Assembly: GCA_937903325.1 (NCBI GenBank)
Contig: CALCZR010000058.1
Span: 65,034 to 129,033 of the forward strand
Source of the DNA: an uncultured Candidatus Saccharibacteria bacterium
GTDB taxonomy: Bacteria > Patescibacteriota > Saccharimonadia > Saccharimonadales > AWTP1-31
Direction of reading: 5' to 3'
Length of the DNA stretch: 64,000 bases
Position numbers and translations under genes: made by a program. How positions within the stretch are numbered: position 1 is the stretch's first letter; each line of letters begins with the position of its first letter. Positions 28,317 to 39,200 of this stretch are shown here, piece after piece. A model generated the notes under the pieces. The model had not been told where the DNA came from. It saw nothing but the letters and a program-made list of their open reading frames with translations, and ran no database searches.

Positions 28317-28520
28317 CTAGGCCGTAAAGTTCTGCAAGATATTGTAGATAAGAATAGCTGGCCACACAGCAGCCTTAAGCAACGCCGCCACAATATTCCA
28401 GAAGCCATCTACTTGGTTCACAAAGTACACTGCTGCACCAATATAGGTTAGGAATGCAACCGTACCGGACTGCTTCCTTTCCTTACCGATCTTAATAAAG
28501 TTGTTTTCGGTCTTACTCAT
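28317..28520 (-). CDS. small membrane protein
   Basis: 67 aa with two hydrophobic helices. Translationally coupled to the upstream gene. Confidence 0.5.
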   Translation of the reverse strand: MSKTENNFIKIGKERKQSGTVAFLTYIGAAVYFVNQVDGFWNIVAALLKAAVWPAILIYNILQNFTA

Positions 28521-28909
28521 TACTTGATCCTCTCTAAGACGCCCTTACGTTTTACTATATTCTTGTAGTCCCACTGAATGGCCTCAGCCTTCTTTAGCCA
28601 CCGCTGGACATCTTTACTGTTAATCTGGTCAACACTGGTATAGCGCTTCTCGGCAGCCTTAAAAGAGCCTTCCTTGGCAAGCCCTGGTTCGTCAAAGGAC
28701 TGTCCGCTCCAGAAGAGCAGGCGGGTTGAATCTTTGAGTACGTCGTAACCCACTACTGGGTTACCATCGATAAACCATACCGGAGCACCATGCCAAATCT
28801 TGTTCTCGGCGTCAGGCAGCCCTGTATATATCTCGCTGGCAAGCACTTCGCAGATGCCTTGGCGATCTGGGGCCTGGGTATCGTTATAGGTTTGTATGTC
28901 TTTGTTCAT
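28520..28909 (-). CDS. DUF1801 (YdhG-like) domain protein
   Basis: The KIWHGAPVWFIDGNPVVGY pattern. I chose the ATG at 28909. Confidence 0.65.
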   Translation of the reverse strand: MNKDIQTYNDTQAPDRQGICEVLASEIYTGLPDAENKIWHGAPVWFIDGNPVVGYDVLKDSTRLLFWSGQSFDEPGLAKEGSFKAAEKRYTSVDQINSKDVQRWLKKAEAIQWDYKNIVKRKGVLERIK

Positions 28910-28961
28910 ATAACCATAGTACACCATACGAATTCACTTACGGTTAGTGTACTCTAGATAT

Positions 28962-29234
28962 ATGGGTAAGACACAGGTAGAACAACTCAAACTGAAGCAA
29001 CTCCTTACTGAGATCCAGAGAGACATAACCATTGGGGCTCGTTACGTACATTACAAAGGCGCAGACAAAATCTATGAGGTAACCGACATTGCCTTCATGG
29101 AAGTAGATAATACCCCGTGCGTCATTTACAAGGCACTCTACGGTGAGCAGCTAACTTTTATCCGCCCCGTGTCCAGCTGGATCGAATCAGTGAAATGGCA
29201 AGGGGAAACCGTCCCACGCTTTACCAAACTCTAG
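28962..29234 (+). CDS. DUF1653-like protein
   Basis: YVHYKGADKIYEVTDIAFMEVDNTPCVIYKALYG pattern. Confidence 0.65.
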   Translation: MGKTQVEQLKLKQLLTEIQRDITIGARYVHYKGADKIYEVTDIAFMEVDNTPCVIYKALYGEQLTFIRPVSSWIESVKWQGETVPRFTKL

Positions 29235-29240
29235 TAGACT

Positions 29241-29609
29241 CTAACTTGTATACTTCTTGACCGCATCAACGATCTGGTAGGGGCTGTAGTCAGCCTTTAG
29301 GAGGTAATCCGTAGCGCCAAGCTTCTTAGAAGCTGTCACAACTTGTTCGTTATCTATATTACTAAGCACCAAGATTACCGCCTTGGGTAGCTTCAATGCC
29401 TTGTACTGCTTAAGAAAATCTATGCCGTCCTGCTCAGGCATGAGCATATCCACGAAAATAACGTCTGGTTCTTCCTTTTGAGCTATCTCTAGAGCATCCG
29501 TAACTCGATTGGCAACGAAGGCCTTGTGCCCAGCCTTTTCCAGTACCTGACTATATACTTCCGTCAGAACTTGTTCGTCGTCTATTACTAATATCTTCAT
29601 AGCACTCAT
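29241..29609 (-). CDS. single-domain response regulator (CheY-like receiver only)
   Basis: Acidic pocket in ILVIDDE, phospho-acceptor Asp in IFVDMLMP, and Lys in LLKAD. No output domain. Confidence 0.9.
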   Translation of the reverse strand: MSAMKILVIDDEQVLTEVYSQVLEKAGHKAFVANRVTDALEIAQKEEPDVIFVDMLMPEQDGIDFLKQYKALKLPKAVILVLSNIDNEQVVTASKKLGATDYLLKADYSPYQIVDAVKKYTS

Positions 29610-29612
29610 GGT

Positions 29613-30857
29613 CTAGTCGCGGTGTAGCGCCTCAATTGGATCGATCATAGTAGCTCTTCGAGCAGGGAAGAAGACGACAATAAGGCCGATAAGAGCACTG
29701 AGAGCAAGAGTTATGAGTATCAGCTCGGCCGAGAAGCTAAAGGCCGTTATATGGTCCTTAACGCCGTTATGCTGGGCGTACCTATTGAGTGCAAAGTTAC
29801 CGATAACCGACAAGGTTATAGCCCCGATAACACCGAATAATCCACCAAGGAACGATAGCAGTACCGCTTCAGTTGTAAATAGCCGACGGATGTCTTGCTT
29901 ACGAGCACCAAGCGAGATCATGAGAGCAATCTCACGAGTTCGCTCAATGAGCGAAATGGTCAGAGTGTTAAACATACCCAAGATCGCAATCACAATACCG
30001 ATACCGCCAAAGCCTACAAAGACGTATCGCAGCAGATTAAAGACCTGGTCAATCTGTTCTAGCGTGTCTTGCGGTGAGGTTGTCGTAAAGCCAAGGCTCT
30101 CAATAGCCTTGCGCACACTGTTGATCTTGTCCTTGTCATTAACCACTACTTTCAGCTGGGTGGCGTCTGCTGTTCCGACTTGTTCAAAGTTCTTAGCAGC
30201 GATAAAAGATTCAGCCCGTGACTCACTCTCGAATACCGCCCCAATAACAAAGTCTTTGGTAACAGTCTTCTTTTCACCCTTGTCATTCACCGTATCGAAC
30301 GAAAGATTAACTGACTTATCGATAGCCTTACTGTTATCACTAAAGCCCAGCACGTTAGCTAATGAATTATTAATAATAATCTTGTTGCCGGTATCGGCAT
30401 CAAAGTTATTACCAGCTGTATACTTCAGCCCGCTTAGATCTACAAAATTGGTATCAGCACCATATACTACCGTCTCGGTCTGGGAGCTCTGCTGCTTAAT
30501 CTTACCAGCGGTGTTATACGACCTACCCATCTCATCAACGCCGCCCATACCACTAATCTGGTTGTAAGCTTCGGTGTTTAGCTTGAGGATCTTAGAACGC
30601 GGGGACGTAACATCTATGGTTTGCACTGAACTAGATCCTACCACTTGCTGGCTTACGAGGTTCTGCAGTCCAAAACCAAATGAGAAGAGGAACACAATAG
30701 AACCAATACCAATAATCACAGCTAGAACGGTGAGCATAGTACGGAGCTTGTTAAAGAACAAGTTCTTGTAGGCTAGCCGCATAAGAATATGGAACTGAAT
30801 AACACCACGCTTGTCGGCGGCACGAAATTCACTACCGTTACGTACGTTATTAACCAC
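29613..30857 (-). CDS. MacB/FtsX-type ABC transporter permease with large extracytoplasmic domain
   Basis: NKLRTMLTVLAVIIGIGS in TM1, then a ~230-aa loop, then the FtsX domain (LISLGARKQDIRRLF). The GTG at 30857 has GAGGTGAT upstream; an alternative ATG lies at 30782. Confidence 0.9.
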   Translation of the reverse strand: MVNNVRNGSEFRAADKRGVIQFHILMRLAYKNLFFNKLRTMLTVLAVIIGIGSIVFLFSFGFGLQNLVSQQVVGSSSVQTIDVTSPRSKILKLNTEAYNQISGMGGVDEMGRSYNTAGKIKQQSSQTETVVYGADTNFVDLSGLKYTAGNNFDADTGNKIIINNSLANVLGFSDNSKAIDKSVNLSFDTVNDKGEKKTVTKDFVIGAVFESESRAESFIAAKNFEQVGTADATQLKVVVNDKDKINSVRKAIESLGFTTTSPQDTLEQIDQVFNLLRYVFVGFGGIGIVIAILGMFNTLTISLIERTREIALMISLGARKQDIRRLFTTEAVLLSFLGGLFGVIGAITLSVIGNFALNRYAQHNGVKDHITAFSFSAELILITLALSALIGLIVVFFPARRATMIDPIEALHRD

Positions 30858-31635
30858 CGATCACCTCTTTTGCTGACTTACTTAGCTTCATCATACTAGC
30901 AACTTTGTTAAACTGCTGGTTAATGTCCGCACGGTAACCACCTTGATCCTCGGTCACGACACCGTCACTAATATACAAACGGTGGTCACTAAGCGGCAGA
31001 TAGTCGCTGTTGTGAGTAACCAGAATAATAGTGGACTGGTGTTCGCTCTTGTAGCTGGTAATAAGCCGCATAATCATATCACCATTCTTGCTATCGAGGT
31101 TTCCGCTTGGCTCGTCAGCTACGAGTAGCAGGGGAACAGAGACCGTGGCACGGGCCATGGAAATACGTTGTTGCTGACCAACAGACAAGACCTGGGGACT
31201 GTAGTTAGCATACTTATCGAGCTCAACACGCTTTAGACTGTCTCGAGCCTCCCTAAAGGCAGCATCCCGATCATGTCCGGACAAGTACAATGGAAGAGCA
31301 ATGTTCTCGAGTACGTTAAGACTGGATACCCAGTTATTGGTCTGGTAGACAGTGCCGAAGTTTCGAGCGCGGAACTTGGCCCGATCGTTCTGGTTAAGCT
31401 TGTATAGGTCTTCGCCGTCCACAATAATCTGCCCAGAACTCGGCGCCAACAGTCCGAGAATCATATTCAGAATCGTCGTCTTACCACTACCGGATGGACC
31501 ATAGATGATCGTGAAGGTATTACGCTCAATCGTAAAGCTCACATCCTTCAGAACTGAAACGGTTCCTTCTTGGGTGGTGTACTGTTTGTTGACATTGACC
31601 AACGAAACAAGAGTATTACTAGCGGGTTTACTCAT
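30850..31635 (-). CDS. ABC transporter ATP-binding protein (MacB/LolD-like)
   Basis: Walker A GPSGSGKTT, Q-loop, signature LSVGQQQR and Walker B LLVADEP. Confidence 0.95.
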   Translation of the reverse strand: MSKPASNTLVSLVNVNKQYTTQEGTVSVLKDVSFTIERNTFTIIYGPSGSGKTTILNMILGLLAPSSGQIIVDGEDLYKLNQNDRAKFRARNFGTVYQTNNWVSSLNVLENIALPLYLSGHDRDAAFREARDSLKRVELDKYANYSPQVLSVGQQQRISMARATVSVPLLLVADEPSGNLDSKNGDMIMRLITSYKSEHQSTIILVTHNSDYLPLSDHRLYISDGVVTEDQGGYRADINQQFNKVASMMKLSKSAKEVIGG

Positions 31636-31676
31636 AGATTAGTACCAGTATATCTGTTAAACGTAAGCATTACCAA

Positions 31677-34600
31677 TTAATTTCGCCTTCCAAATATCGA
31701 CTCAAGGGCATTGAAGATGATAGTAAAGACATTTTCAGAGGCGCGGCCCACTACTACCGTCTGATTATCTGAATGTGAAATATTACGCGCTTTATCTGCC
31801 GAGAAGACTTGCAAGTGGTAGATACTCGAAACCTGTACGTCAGACAACACTACGACATGGTCAGTCGTCAGGTTATTGTCTTCGCCAGTACGATTCGTGA
31901 GTGCACCCGTTTGGCCAATACCGTAGCCTACCTGGCTAGTAGATAGCTCATCCGTCTTCCAGGAAACCACTACTTGACCTCGAGCCTCTGAGCCAGTTCC
32001 ACGAACAGACGATTCTATAACTACCTCAGATATCTTTGGTGGGCGAGTATCCAGGGCCGTCTTAAAGGTCCGTACTTCGGAGCTCGCACTAATACCTTCG
32101 GCATTCACCGATATAGCCTGTAAGGCGTAGTCAGTGTCATCGACAAGGCCAGTAAGGACAATGCTGTGCTGCGTGACAAGTGCGGAATCAACAGCGTCCT
32201 TAGGTGGTGTGCTCTGTGGTCCGTAACTTACCCGCGAAGTAGCCGGTACGTTGGTATCCCAGGTAATCTGCTGAGTAGAACTTGGAGCGTCTGCGACGGG
32301 CTGGAATCGCAAGTTTGTAATCTTTGGTCGTGCCTTGGTGGTAAAGGTTTGTACATCCTTGATATACAAGTTGCCGTCAGCGTCCACTAGATCAATCCGG
32401 AAATAGAACTTCGTATCGTCAGATAAACCGTCAAGGTTAACTGAGTACGTAGAAGTTGTAGCTGCCGTATCAATAGTCTTAACAGCACCGAAGGACTCAC
32501 TGGCACCGTAACTCAGTCGAGCCTGACTAGCCCCCGTAACTGAGAAGGAAATAGTTGCACCGGAAACACTAACACCTGTTATCGCCACTTCACCAACATT
32601 CGGAGCGGGAAGCGTCGTAAAGCTCTTCTCCGGGCTGGTGCCCGTATTACCATCACTGTCCGTCCACTTGGTTACATAGTAGTAGGTCGTAGAAGGCTGC
32701 AGGTTAGTCAGATCTACCTGGTGGTCAGGTTGTTGGGCAGAATTACCGATCTCTTGCTGGGCGTATTGCCCCGGCGCTGTGCCAATAGCGACCTTACTGT
32801 CGCTGTCTCTATCTGTTGTCCAGGTGATGGTAGCCTTCTTGGGGCCAATATTCGTTGCCTTTGGTTGGCCAGAAACTGTTAAGTTAGCAGGACTAGTGAA
32901 GCGACCGGTTGGCTTCTTGGTTGCCACGTTGCTCGGAACACCACAGTTATTAGCGTTGTCACAAGCTCGGACGTAGTAATAGTAGGTAATTTGGGACAGG
33001 CCAGCATCGATAAAGCTCAGGTTAGAAGGTGAGGTAGTACCCACCTGCGTGAAGCTAACATTGTCGGTGGAACGATAAATCTTGTACGAGGCTATGCCAC
33101 TCCCTGGCTGCGACGGCGCTACCCAAGAGCTTGCCAATTTCCAACTGGAGGTTGCTCGTGTAGAGACATCTGCTAGATCCATGTCGGTAGGAGCACCAGG
33201 AGCCGTCGTACTGGCAGAGAAGGTGACGGTAGCAACATTGGCCGCACTAAAGTTACCCGGCTGGTCCTTGGCAACTATCCGCATCGTGTTTACACCTTGC
33301 TCAGTAGCGTACGGTCCGGCCGCTAGCTGAGTTACGCCAGCACCCGTCCAGTGACAATTACTCTGGTCATCTTCAATGGGCTCATTCACTGTCCAACAAT
33401 AGTTTATATCTGGGGTCGACCCAGAGAAACTAGAGGGAGCATCCCACGTAAACGAGAAATTATTACTAGTACTGCTAGATGGGGTAACCTGTAGGTTCTG
33501 TGGTGCAGAAGGAGCCTGCACAGAAATGACCACGTAAGGGGCTGATGAAGCCATTCCTTCGACATTACCGGCATTATCTACTACGGCCATAAGCACCCCG
33601 TTAACTCCAGAACCGCCTGTAGTGCCGTCATCGAGTCGAGCAGCGTCGGCTGCCACAGTGGTAAAGCCTTGAGCACTCATAGGCAATACATCACTAGTAT
33701 CCCGTAAATCCCCCGACGTATGGTTTGCACCGTACCAGTTCATATCGTCTTCGTCACATCCTGCAAAGTTTTCGTCTACCTTTGCAACACAGTACTTAGC
33801 ACCAGCGATACCTGAGTGTTCATCAACAGCTTCAAGTAGTCCCGGCACAATGGTCCATGCAGTGGTGAATATCTTGCTGTTCTGGACCGTACCCGGCGTG
33901 TTATAGAAAACCATGCCGTCCGGTTCTTCATCATCAAACCTAAAACTGGTAGTAATCAGCGGATCACTCTGCGCGTTGCCAGCGTTGTCTACTGCAGCGA
34001 TTCTAACGTAGTAGCGCTCACCAGACGTCATGTTGCCCGGCGCCGCCTGAGCAAGATCTAGATACGTGTTACGCGTACTAAAACCACAATCCCCTACGAT
34101 ATAATTATTAAGCGCGTCTGAACCCAATACACCCTGTTCACCTAGACTACCCGGGTCTTCCTGTGTACCTACATACACACAGTAGCCAGCGATACCTGAA
34201 TCAGCATCAGTTGCGGCCGTCCAACTTACATAGGGCTTGAGTCGGACCCAACCATCTGGTGCTACAACCGGACCAGAGCTAGATTTTTTAATAGTCAGAC
34301 CACTTGGTACGCCTGGGGCATTCGTGTCATTAGAGTACTCGATACTAACGGAGTTAACACTAATGTCAGGCGTAGCCTCGTCGGACAGAATAATCTGGTA
34401 CTGCACATACCGCTCATTCAATGCTACACATGCAGTAGCCGTGATAGCATCGCCACTAGCAAGTAGTGGGCAGTCATTAAAGTCCTTAGCACCAGCCATA
34501 GAGTCGCTTGCTGAAGTACGTACCCGTATACCCGATATTCCTGTCCCACTTGTATTGTAGATGACATTACCGAAGTAGGGGTGTTCGTCAAAGTCAACGA

Positions 34601-36257
34601 TCGCAGAGGTGAGTCGGCCAACACCACCACCGTTAAATTCGGTCAATCCCAATGAGGACACGATCACTCTATGGGTATAAGAATAGGCTATGATCGACCT
34701 AAGTTTCGATTGTCTACCACCACCACTGAAACTAATACTTTGATTCACCGAGTAACCAAAAGAACGACTGAGACCCGGTATTGTCTGGTATGTTAAGCCG
34801 CCATTACTGCTATATGTCAGGTCTGCGCCATATCCCGATTGACTACCGTAACGGACCATACGGAATCGGTACCATGTATCAAGTTGAAAATGTGTCGCTC
34901 GGAGCTGATCCCAGTTGTAGCTCGTTCCTTGGGGACCGCTTATGTGGAAATAATTCCCATCATCACAGCCGATGTCCACTCCAAATATAAGCTTGTACCC
35001 AGCATAGTTACTAGAATTACAGTCGCCAGGTGCTACCTGAAGGTCGAATTCTACGACTGCATCTTTTGAGTCATCCAAGCCATTCATGGCATTGAAACTC
35101 GCACCGTCATACAATGTTGCAGTATCCCCGGTAATACTAAACCTGGCAGGGTCGTCCCACTGGTACCACTGCCAAGGACTTGGCAGACCCGTACCGAGAT
35201 TAGCATCGTTATAGTACGTACCCAGCAACCCTTGAACCGTGTTACTAGTATCGGGGTCTACGGCCGTTAGTACACTAGAGGGCACCGTCTCAATCGAGAT
35301 AGCGTTACTTGACCAACGTAACTGTGCATACCCAGGACCAGACTGCTGCTGATACTCTATACGTATATCATGCTCTCCTGCCGTAAGAGAGATGATCTGA
35401 GCGGTCGAGGTAGGACCGCCCCAGCTTCCAAACAGCGGGTTGCCGTCCACGAACATTCGGTTCCCATCGTCACTCGATATGTAAAACGTATAATTATCGT
35501 CAGCCGGGATAGTAATCTTACCCGTCCAACGCACACTCCAGTTATCGGCGCCAACTCCAGTAATTGGTGACGTACCGTTCAAGGCAAAATCAATGTTTGC
35601 GTCAATCCTTGTTGCTGCCGGGGTACCCGCACTTGCAAAATTATCCTGGAAGAGCAGGCTGCTTTTGGCTGACCCCGTGCTAGCAGCCCCATTGCCAAAA
35701 TACACATACATATTGTTGGCTCCACTGTAAATATTAGTAGGGCTAACAACATACTCTGCAGAGACCCCGTCGGTCTTAGCGTTTAGATAGAAACCGACAT
35801 CGTATGCACCGTCCTGACTTACAAACCGAATGTCGTCAAAGTCATTCTGCATAGCCGCATCGTATGGAATTGTTATACGGAACGCTGTCGAGGCAAGGAA
35901 ACCATTGTCCAAATTAGTTGCGGTAAACAATTTACGACGAGTCCAACTGCTATTACACTTAGCCGTATTACACCAGTCAGCATTAACCTGATTACCAATC
36001 GCAAGTGTCGCTCCAGCATCCATATTAGTGGCTTCGCTATACTGAGAACTTGGATCAGTTCCAACGCCGCCCGACCAGTCATTCTGTGTATAGGTACTTA
36101 ACGCACTTACCGTTGCCTTATCGATAAGGGGGAAGGCGATCGTTGCGAGCAACACGACGGCCAGACCACCTGCCACAACTCGCTTACTTCGCTCGACCGC
36201 TCGAACTCTTCGTCCAGCCTGCAAGAATTTCTGACCAATAGTACGTACTAATTTCAT
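31677..36257 (-). CDS. giant membrane-anchored surface protein (1526 aa): DUF2341-like, PA14, LamG-like and multiple FN3 domains
   Basis: N-terminal TM helix and a QNDWSGGVG motif. DFDDIRF...YVYFGN is DUF2341-like. NWSVRWTGKI..YTFYISSDDGNRMFVDG..IRIEYQQ is PA14. FN3 repeats include YKIYRSTDN and ITWTTDRDSDSKV. Confidence 0.9.
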   Translation of the reverse strand: MKLVRTIGQKFLQAGRRVRAVERSKRVVAGGLAVVLLATIAFPLIDKATVSALSTYTQNDWSGGVGTDPSSQYSEATNMDAGATLAIGNQVNADWCNTAKCNSSWTRRKLFTATNLDNGFLASTAFRITIPYDAAMQNDFDDIRFVSQDGAYDVGFYLNAKTDGVSAEYVVSPTNIYSGANNMYVYFGNGAASTGSAKSSLLFQDNFASAGTPAATRIDANIDFALNGTSPITGVGADNWSVRWTGKITIPADDNYTFYISSDDGNRMFVDGNPLFGSWGGPTSTAQIISLTAGEHDIRIEYQQQSGPGYAQLRWSSNAISIETVPSSVLTAVDPDTSNTVQGLLGTYYNDANLGTGLPSPWQWYQWDDPARFSITGDTATLYDGASFNAMNGLDDSKDAVVEFDLQVAPGDCNSSNYAGYKLIFGVDIGCDDGNYFHISGPQGTSYNWDQLRATHFQLDTWYRFRMVRYGSQSGYGADLTYSSNGGLTYQTIPGLSRSFGYSVNQSISFSGGGRQSKLRSIIAYSYTHRVIVSSLGLTEFNGGGVGRLTSAIVDFDEHPYFGNVIYNTSGTGISGIRVRTSASDSMAGAKDFNDCPLLASGDAITATACVALNERYVQYQIILSDEATPDISVNSVSIEYSNDTNAPGVPSGLTIKKSSSGPVVAPDGWVRLKPYVSWTAATDADSGIAGYCVYVGTQEDPGSLGEQGVLGSDALNNYIVGDCGFSTRNTYLDLAQAAPGNMTSGERYYVRIAAVDNAGNAQSDPLITTSFRFDDEEPDGMVFYNTPGTVQNSKIFTTAWTIVPGLLEAVDEHSGIAGAKYCVAKVDENFAGCDEDDMNWYGANHTSGDLRDTSDVLPMSAQGFTTVAADAARLDDGTTGGSGVNGVLMAVVDNAGNVEGMASSAPYVVISVQAPSAPQNLQVTPSSSTSNNFSFTWDAPSSFSGSTPDINYCWTVNEPIEDDQSNCHWTGAGVTQLAAGPYATEQGVNTMRIVAKDQPGNFSAANVATVTFSASTTAPGAPTDMDLADVSTRATSSWKLASSWVAPSQPGSGIASYKIYRSTDNVSFTQVGTTSPSNLSFIDAGLSQITYYYYVRACDNANNCGVPSNVATKKPTGRFTSPANLTVSGQPKATNIGPKKATITWTTDRDSDSKVAIGTAPGQYAQQEIGNSAQQPDHQVDLTNLQPSTTYYYVTKWTDSDGNTGTSPEKSFTTLPAPNVGEVAITGVSVSGATISFSVTGASQARLSYGASESFGAVKTIDTAATTSTYSVNLDGLSDDTKFYFRIDLVDADGNLYIKDVQTFTTKARPKITNLRFQPVADAPSSTQQITWDTNVPATSRVSYGPQSTPPKDAVDSALVTQHSIVLTGLVDDTDYALQAISVNAEGISASSEVRTFKTALDTRPPKISEVVIESSVRGTGSEARGQVVVSWKTDELSTSQVGYGIGQTGALTNRTGEDNNLTTDHVVVLSDVQVSSIYHLQVFSADKARNISHSDNQTVVVGRASENVFTIIFNALESIFGRRN
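32590..33205. repeat. high-identity segment shared with the upstream paralog (partner 37165..37790)
   Basis: About 620 bp that align with only scattered mismatches by eye. The encoded FN3 region is nearly identical (ADMDLADVS.RATSSWKLASSW...ITWTTDRDSDSKVAIGTAPGQYAQQEIGNS). Confidence 0.8.
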
Positions 36258-39200
36258 TCCTTGACTCCAAATATTTTCTGCAGGGCGTTATATATAATAC
36301 TGAATACATTGTCTGAACCGCGTCCGATAATCACAGTCTGCGGATCAGAGACCCTGGCGTTAACCGCTTTATCTCGGCTGACGGGCTGCACGCGGTAAAT
36401 ACTCGAAGTAGGAATATCTGACACGATAACGGTGTGCTCAGTGGTTAATCGAGCGTCTTCCCCAGTTTTGTTGTTAAGCGATCCTTCCTGCCCCTGGGCG
36501 TAGTTGACCTGACTCGTAGAAGGTTCATCTGTCTTCCATGAGACCACTATCTGTCCTCGGGCCTGTAAACCACTACCACGAATAGTTGATTCTATCTGCA
36601 CGTCACTAATCTTTGGAGGGCGAGTATCAAGTGCAGTATGAAAATTCTGTACGTCTGAAGCAGCCCCGTTACCAAGTGCATCTGTACCGGCAGCTACCAG
36701 GGTATAGTCCTTGTCATCCTGGAGGTTCTCCATGGTAATAACGTGTTCTGTCGTCTGCTTGGCATCTAGCTGTTCTGTCTGCTTGGCACCCTTGACGCCG
36801 AAAGTGATACGAGAATCTGTTGCTACGTTGGTTGTCCAGCTAACCTGTAAGGTACTCTTTGGTGCGTCAGTAACAGGCTGGAAACGAATATTAGTAATGG
36901 CCGGTCGGGGTGGAGTAGTGAAGCTATACACATTGCTGTCGTATTGCTGTCCGTCGATGTCAAACATAAGGAGACGGTAGTTGTACTTAGTGCCGTCTTT
37001 TAAGTCCGGCAAACGTACAGTGTACTGAGAAGAGCGGGTTGCGGTATTAACCGTTAGTGAGCGGTCATAGTTGTCGTTGGCTCCGTAGAGGACCACTACT
37101 TTAGTGGCATTAGCTGCTGTAAAGGTTAGGTCTCCGTAGGTATTAGTTAGACCAGAAACGCTAACTTCGCCAACACTTGGCGCAGCCAAGGTTGTGAAGC
37201 TCTTCTCGCTACTTACACCAGTGTTGCCATCCGTATCAGTCCATTTAGCAACATAGTAATATGTTGTACCTGGTTGTAGGTTGGTCAGGTCTACTTGGTG
37301 GTCAGGTTGTTGGGTGGAATTACCGATCTCTTGCTGGGCGTATTGTCCGGGCGCTGTACCAATAGCGACCTTGCTGTCGCTATCTCGGTCGGTTGTCCAG
37401 GTAATAGTAGCCTTCTTTGGACCAATATTAGTGGCTTTTGGCTGACCAGAGACCGTTAGATTAGCGGGGCTTGTAAACCGTCCTGTCGGTTTCTTGCTGG
37501 CAGTATTGCTTGGGATACCGCAGTTATTAGCGTTATCGCAAGCCCGGACGTAGTAGTAATACGTAACCTGGGAAAGGCCAGCATCGATAAAGCTCAAGTT
37601 AGAAGGTGAAGTAGTACCTATTTGCGAGAAGTTAACATTATCTGTAGAACGGTAAATCTTGTACGAAGCTACACCGCTGCCGGGTTGCGTTGGGGCAGAC
37701 CAGGAACTAGCCAATTTCCAACTGGAGGTTGCCCGACTGGAAACATCTGCCAGGTCCATATCGGCAGGGGCACCAGGAGCGGAAGTATTAGCAGTGAAGG
37801 TTACACTGGCCGCATTATTAGACGAAAAGTTTCCTGTCTGGTCTTTAGCCATGACGTAGAGAGTGTTTGTTCCTTGTTGCGTAGCATACGCACCAGCCGC
37901 CAGTTGCGTAATACCCGCACCAGTCCAGTGGCAGTTTGATCCGTTGGCCGCAATAGGAGTGTTGATACTGTAGCAGTAGTCCATCTGATTAAGCGGACCT
38001 GTGAACGTTTCAGGCGGAGACCAAGAAAAACTAAAGTTGTTCTGTGCACTGCTAATCGGCGATGCCTGGAGATTTCGCGGTACAGAAGGCGGATTTTGGG
38101 TAATAAATATGTACCCAGCTGAGCCGTCACCCGCTCGTGCATTACCAACATTATCGATAGCAGCAACATAGATAATATTAAAGCCAATACCGTTACCGAA
38201 GGCTCCGCCGTCGCTACCGTCATCCAGTTCACCTGCAGCTTCAGGACCAACGTCTATTCGACTAGCGGAGAAGGGTATAGTGTTTGTAGAGACGTTGGCA
38301 TAGCCCTTGGTTTTGTCCGCACCAAACCAGTTTGGAGCACTCGGATCACAGTAATCATCCGGATCAATACCGCCTTCACCGGTATACTTAGCGATACAAT
38401 ATTTGAGACCTGCTACGCCTGAGGCACTATCATAGAGCGAGCCCAGAGGCGGTCCTATCCAAGAAACGGTGAAATTCTTACTACCAAGAGTACCTGATGG
38501 GAATGAGAATATGGTACGAACTTCTGGGTGCTGAGTGTCAGCTTTTAACGTTAGTGTACTCGAGGCTCCGATATTGCCAAGGTTATCTACCGGAGCTACT
38601 ACGAAGTAGTACGTATCACCATTATTAAGACTAAAATTATTAAACTCCTGTTTGTCTAGAGAGGTACCCGCCCTGGCGTACGCACATGAGGTTTGTATAG
38701 GGCTAGTGGTGCTATTCGAAAGCATTCCGCCCGTTTGAGTCAACGACGGTGACGAGTCTTGCCCAAGATACAAACAGTACCCAGCCAAGCCGGAGCCACC
38801 ATTTTCATCCGTTGAAGCATCCCAGCTGAAGTAAGGCCTGTCCTGGACCCAACCACCGTCTGCTACTGTGAAGCCATTTACGCTGGTCTTCATAGTTAAG
38901 CCGGTAATACTGCTTGGCGCAGTCACATCGGAGTCATACTGCAAGGTAATACTCGTAAACTCGGCGTCCCGAGCATTATTTGTTGTTAGCATAATCTGGT
39001 ACTGCATGTATGCTTTGCCTGTAGTTACACAACTTGAATTCTGAATGTCCTGCTCGTCATACAAGGTATTACAGGTGGCAAAGTCAGCGGCGTCACTCAT
39101 ATCAGATTGATTCGCTGTACGTATCTTAACGCCAGCCTGGCCGTCGCTATAGCCTAAGAAGATCTTCCCAAAATGTGCTCCGCTAGGGAGGGGGATCGCC

